This document shows, piece after piece, positions 60,083 through 64,000 of a stretch of 64,000 bases of DNA. Position 1 is the first letter of the stretch, and every line of letters begins with the position of its first letter. The notes below the pieces were generated by a model. That model ran no database searches and was not told the origin of the DNA. It saw nothing but the letters and a program-made list of their open reading frames with translations. Source of the DNA: an uncultured Chloroflexia bacterium (GTDB lineage: Bacteria; Chloroflexota; Limnocylindria; Limnocylindrales; CSP1-4). The translations under genes and the position numbers were made by a program. The DNA lies in NCBI GenBank assembly GCA_963734535.1, contig CAVTHS010000010.1, forward strand, positions 160,001 to 224,000, written 5' to 3'.

Positions 60083-61452
60083 CGGGCCGTCCCCGTCGTG
60101 ACGGGCACGGTCGCGCGCCGGGTCGGCGCCGCGGCTGCGATGTCGTGGCGGCGCTGGAGCCCGTCGAAGTGGATCGCGTCCACGGCGCGCTCCGCGGCGG
60201 CCCGCGCCGACGTGAGGTCCGAGCCCAGGCCCACCACCGTGAGCACGCGCCCTCCCGTCACTCGCCAAGTCCCATCGGCATCGCAGGCCGTCCCCGCGTG
60301 GAAGACACGCCCGCCGCGGGCGCTCGCCTCCGCGAGCCCCGAGATCATATCGCCCGACCGGGGTGCAGCGGGGTACCCGGCGGCCGCGACCACGATTCCG
60401 ACGGCCGCCTCCGGCGTCGACGGGAGGAGCCGGCCCGCGAGGCCGGCCTCCGCGGCGGCCGATGCCAGGCGACCCTCCGCGGCCGCAAGCAGGAGCGGCG
60501 CGAGCGGTGCCGCGCAGCGCGGCAGGATCACCTGGGATTCCGGGTCGCCGAACCGCGCGTTGCACTCGAGCAGCGCCGGGCCGTCCGCCGTCATGATCAG
60601 CCCCGCGTAGAGGGCGCCCCGGAAGGGCGCGCCGAGTCGGGCGAGCTCGGCGAGGATCGGGACGTGGAACGACTCCACGATTCCGGCCACGTCCGCATCG
60701 GGCAGATCCGGGAGCGGGCTGTACGCCCCCATCCCGCCGGTGTTCGGCCCCGTGTCGCCGTCCGCGAGCCGCTTGTGATCGCGGGCGGCGGGCAGGGCAA
60801 GGGCCGCCGTCTCGTCCGCCAGCACGATGACGCTCGCTTCCGGCCCGCGAAGGCGCTCCTCCACCACGACGCGCGGGACCCCTGGCGCCTCCCGGCCGGC
60901 GTCGAGGAGGATCGCGTCGAGGGCCGCCGTTGCCTCGTCGAGCGTGTCGCAGACGGTGACGCCCTTGCCCGCGGCGAGGCCGTCCGCCTTGACCACGATC
61001 CCGCGCCCGGCGGCATCGAGGGCGGCCGCGAAGGCCACCGCGGGGCCGAGCGCGGCGAATGCGCCGGCCTGCGCCATCCGCACCCCGGCAGCGTCCGCCA
61101 CCGCGTGACAGAAGGCCTTCGAGCTCTCGATCCGGGCCGCAGCCGCGGTCGGGCCGAACGTCGGGATCCCGGCAGCCACGAGCGCATCTGCCACGCCTGC
61201 GGCAAGCGGCGCCTCGGGGCCGACCACCGCGAGGTCCACGCGCGCCGTGATGGCGGCTGTCACCACGGCGGCAGGATCGAGCGGATCACCGGCTACGATC
61301 GATACGCCGGAAACGCTCGCGATCCCGTCGCTGCCGGGGAACGCGACGATCGACTCGACCCCGGGCTCCCCGGCGAGCTGGACGGCAAGCGCATGCTCGC
61401 GGCCGCCCCCGCCGACCAGCAGGATCCGGCGTGGCGTGCGCGCGGGGCCCAT
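60079..61452 (-). CDS. purD: Phosphoribosylamine-glycine ligase
   Basis: GGGGREHA, KADGLAAGKGV, GPNTGGMG, RFGDPE. Confidence 0.96.
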   Translation of the reverse strand: MGPARTPRRILLVGGGGREHALAVQLAGEPGVESIVAFPGSDGIASVSGVSIVAGDPLDPAAVVTAAITARVDLAVVGPEAPLAAGVADALVAAGIPTFGPTAAAARIESSKAFCHAVADAAGVRMAQAGAFAALGPAVAFAAALDAAGRGIVVKADGLAAGKGVTVCDTLDEATAALDAILLDAGREAPGVPRVVVEERLRGPEASVIVLADETAALALPAARDHKRLADGDTGPNTGGMGAYSPLPDLPDADVAGIVESFHVPILAELARLGAPFRGALYAGLIMTADGPALLECNARFGDPESQVILPRCAAPLAPLLLAAAEGRLASAAAEAGLAGRLLPSTPEAAVGIVVAAAGYPAAPRSGDMISGLAEASARGGRVFHAGTACDADGTWRVTGGRVLTVVGLGSDLTSARAAAERAVDAIHFDGLQRRHDIAAAAPTRRATVPVTTGTAR

Positions 61453-62756
61453 CAGGCCCGGCCGGCCGCGAGCGGGCGGTCGTCGAGCATCACCGTCTGG
61501 GTCCGCTCGGGCCCGACGGAGACGAGCGTGATCGGGACGCCGGCCAGCGCGGCGAGCGCTGCGACATAGGCCCGTGCGTTCGGCGGGAGGTCATCGGGTG
61601 TGCGGGCCGCGTGGATCTCCTCGTGCCAGCCCGCGAACGTCTCGTAGACCGGCACCGCGCGGGCCACCTCCTCGGCCGAGGCGGGCCAGCGCTCGACGCG
61701 CCGGCCGTCGATGTCGTAGGCGACGCAGAGACGGATCTCGTCGATTCCGGAGAGGATGTCCAGCTTGTTGAGGATGATGCTGCTGACGCTGTTGACATCG
61801 ACCGCGTACCGGAGCGGGACCGCGTCGAACCACCCGACGCGCCGGCGCCGGCCGGTTGTCGTCCCGAACTCGTGGCCCCGCATGGCGATCCCCTCGCCGA
61901 CGGCGTCGAGGAGCTCGGTCGGGTACGGGCCGGCGCCCACCCGCGTCGTGTAGGCCTTCATGATGCCGATCACCGCCGAGACCTGGAGCGGGCCGACGCC
62001 CCCGCCAGTGCAGGCGCCCCCGGCGACCGGGTTTGACGACGTCACGAACGGGTAGGACCCATGGTCGAGGTCGAGCAGCGTTCCCTGCGCGCCCTCGAGG
62101 AGCACGTGGTCGCCGGCCCGGAGCGCGTCCTGCACGAGCGTCGTCGTGTCCGCGATCTGCCCGCGGAGGCGCACGCCCCAGCTGAGGCCGGCCTCGACCA
62201 GCGCCTCGACGGCGAACGGGCGGCCCTTCTCACCGAGCTGGGCAAGCCAGGCGTTCTTGTCGGGGACGAGGCGCTCGAGCTTGCGCCGGAGCGCGGGCTC
62301 GTCGAGGAGGTCCTCCATCCGGAGCCCGACCCGGGAGGCCCGGTCCGCGTATGCCGGACCGATTCCACGATTCGTCGTGCCGATCCCGTCGCGGCCGAGG
62401 CGCGCCTCGGAGGCTCGGTCCTCCGCAACGTGGTAGGGCATGATCACGTGGCAGGCGTGCGAGACGCGGACGCGGCTCGTATCCACGCCCCGCGCCGTGA
62501 GGGCGTCGAGCTCGCCGATCAGGGTGGCCGGGTTGACGACGACCCCCGGGCCGATCAGCGGCACGATGTGGGGGTAGAGCACGCCACTCGGCACGAGGTG
62601 GAGCTTGAAGACCTCCGAGCCCAGCACGATCGTGTGGCCCGCGTTGTCGCCGCCCTGGTAGCGGACGACCCAGCTGACCTGCCCGGACAGGAAGTCGGTT
62701 GCCTTGCCCTTCCCCTCGTCGCCCCACTGGAGGCCGACGATCACCGTGGCCGGCAT
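61452..62756 (-). CDS. purA: Adenylosuccinate synthetase
   Basis: QWGDEGKG, GGDNAGH, EGAQG, YPFVTSS, EFGTTTGR. Confidence 0.97.
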   Translation of the reverse strand: MPATVIVGLQWGDEGKGKATDFLSGQVSWVVRYQGGDNAGHTIVLGSEVFKLHLVPSGVLYPHIVPLIGPGVVVNPATLIGELDALTARGVDTSRVRVSHACHVIMPYHVAEDRASEARLGRDGIGTTNRGIGPAYADRASRVGLRMEDLLDEPALRRKLERLVPDKNAWLAQLGEKGRPFAVEALVEAGLSWGVRLRGQIADTTTLVQDALRAGDHVLLEGAQGTLLDLDHGSYPFVTSSNPVAGGACTGGGVGPLQVSAVIGIMKAYTTRVGAGPYPTELLDAVGEGIAMRGHEFGTTTGRRRRVGWFDAVPLRYAVDVNSVSSIILNKLDILSGIDEIRLCVAYDIDGRRVERWPASAEEVARAVPVYETFAGWHEEIHAARTPDDLPPNARAYVAALAALAGVPITLVSVGPERTQTVMLDDRPLAAGRA

Positions 62757-62787
62757 GGCTGCTCCCCCGCGGAACCGGCCTTCGGGC

Positions 62788-62823
62788 AACAAAAAAGGCC
62801 CTCGGCGCGCGCGCCGGGGACCT
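62788..62823 (-). terminator. Intrinsic terminator inside the purA 5' leader (attenuator)
   Basis: Minus-strand AGGUCCCCGGCG-cgcg-CGCCGAGGGCCU followed by UUUUUGUU, about 30 nt before the purA ATG. Confidence 0.8.
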
Positions 62824-62892
62824 GCCGGGTAGCCCCTCCCGCCCGGACGGCACCGCAGGCGCGGTGCCCGGCAGGGCACGAAGCCACTCGGA

Positions 62893-62925
62893 TCATGGGG
62901 TGACCGAGATGCCAGCCTCGGACAA
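62893..62925 (-). CDS. Candidate leader peptide MSEAGISVTP upstream of the purine operon
   Basis: SD AAGGAG (62938-62933), 7-nt spacer, TTG start, TGA stop; no direct evidence of translation. Confidence 0.4.
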   Translation of the reverse strand: MSEAGISVTP

Positions 62926-62976
62926 TCGCTCGCTCCTTCGGGGGGGCCGGACGGCCCACGGCGTCGGGACCCGGGG

Positions 62977-62985
62977 AGTATACCA
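62977..62985 (-). promoter_or_regulatory. Extended -10 promoter of the purine operon
   Basis: TGgTATACT, conspicuous in a very GC-rich background. Confidence 0.7.
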
Positions 62986-63206
62986 GCCGGCGTCCGGGGC
63001 ACCCAGGGTCCTCTCGCCCGCAGCGTCCGTTTGGGTCCCCGGGTCCGGCGGCGCGCGGCTTCCGCCGGTGCCTCCGCACGTGCCTCGCCCGGCCTGTGGC
63101 CTCTTGGCGGGTGCCTGGGCCGGCGGCCGCGACCGGGACTTCCGGCGCCCGGCGGAGTACCTTCGGTACGGGCGATTCGGCCTGTCCCGAGGGCTACGGT
63201 AGCAGG

Positions 63207-64000
63207 GTGATACGCGCCCTCAGCGGGTTGGGGTTGCTGGCTCCAATTGCCTTCCTGGCCCTTGCGCTCCTTCTGAGCCCCGGGGGTCCCTTCCTGACGG
63301 CTGGCCCCGCGGCGGTTGTCCTCGTGGCTGCGGCCGTCCTCGGCGCCAGCGTCACCGCGGCGATCGCGAGCATCTGGATCCGGGCGCACGTGATCCCGGT
63401 CGTGAACGCAGCGGAACGCCTCGCGGCGGGCGAGCTCACGACCCTCGTGCCGGCGCAGAACAGCGGCCTCGACGGCAGGCTGGGGCGTGCCGTCGCCCAG
63501 CTCGGCGCAACCCTCGCGACGACGCATGATGCGGCAACCGTCGACCGCCTGACCGGGATCGCCAATCGCCCGGCCCTCCTCGGCATGCTCTTCGGGGAGG
63601 TCGAGCGGGGGGCGCGCTACAACAGGCCGCTCTCCGTTGGCTTCGTCGACATCGACCTCTTCAAGGTGGTCAACGACTCCCACGGCCACCACGCGGGCGA
63701 CCTCGTCCTCCGGGGCGTGGCCGACGTGCTGCGGACGAACCTCCGCGCCACCGACATGCTCGGCCGGTATGGTGGCGAGGAGTTCATGCTCATCCTCCCC
63801 GAGACCGACGTGGAGGATGCCGCCTCGCTCTCCGAGAAGCTGCGCCTCCTCGTCGGGGGCACGCACTTCAGGATCGACGATGACCTGACCGTGGACGTGA
63901 CCGTGTCGATCGGGGTCGCCGGCGGAGTGGGGGGCAACCTCCACATCGACGAGCTCGTCCGGGACGCGGACGCCGCGATGTACTCGGCGAAGTCGCTCGG
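63207..64000 (+). CDS. Membrane HAMP-GGDEF diguanylate cyclase (runs off the window)
   Basis: Manual translation from GTG 63207: two hydrophobic segments, HAMP-like helix pair, DRLTGIANR, DIDLFKVVND, RYGGEEF, ADAAMY; absent from the ORF track because no stop lies in the window. Confidence 0.88.
   Translation, partial: MIRALSGLGLLAPIAFLALALLLSPGGPFLTAGPAAVVLVAAAVLGASVTAAIASIWIRAHVIPVVNAAERLAAGELTTLVPAQNSGLDGRLGRAVAQLGATLATTHDAATVDRLTGIANRPALLGMLFGEVERGARYNRPLSVGFVDIDLFKVVNDSHGHHAGDLVLRGVADVLRTNLRATDMLGRYGGEEFMLILPETDVEDAASLSEKLRLLVGGTHFRIDDDLTVDVTVSIGVAGGVGGNLHIDELVRDADAAMYSAKSL

Noticed and set aside
62780-62975. Assignment of the purA leader to guanine, ZTP or PRPP/ykkC riboswitch classes
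   Set aside because: Only short fragments resemble the consensuses (GUCCGAG, CCGUCCGGGC) and the core motifs could not be aligned by eye. Left unassigned pending cmscan.

Overview
Very GC-rich, gene-dense bacterial chromosomal window. The gene content and Ala/Pro/Ser-linker lipoproteins suggest Chloroflexota, possibly Limnocylindria-like; this is inference only. From left to right it holds a GerMN/Ig-like lipoprotein, a BMP-type nucleoside ABC transporter followed by a cytochrome P450, a UroD/MtaA-family protein and gatB. Next is a LacI-controlled oligosaccharide locus (family-5 ABC transporter, GH1, GH130, two tandem GH94 phosphorylases) and a PAS-GGDEF protein. Then come gatC-gatA-aminotransferase, ligA, pcrA, three non-pyrrolysine MttB-family methyltransferases with a corrinoid protein, CIRCE-controlled groES-groEL, tatD and metG. 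The right end carries a ten-ORF purine operon (purA-D-B-C-S-Q-L-F-M-purN/H fusion) and a truncated HAMP-GGDEF gene. I saw no tRNA, rRNA, CRISPR array, transposase or integrase. The best leads are: (1) a candidate attenuator in the purA leader (promoter, SD-led 10-codon uORF, competing helices, intrinsic terminator) that matches no riboswitch I can recognise by eye; (2) a MetRS whose HIGH signature reads GLHT; (3) recurrent leaderless-type promoter geometry; and (4) the MttB and GH94 paralog clusters. Start codons were refined by eye and no database searches were run.
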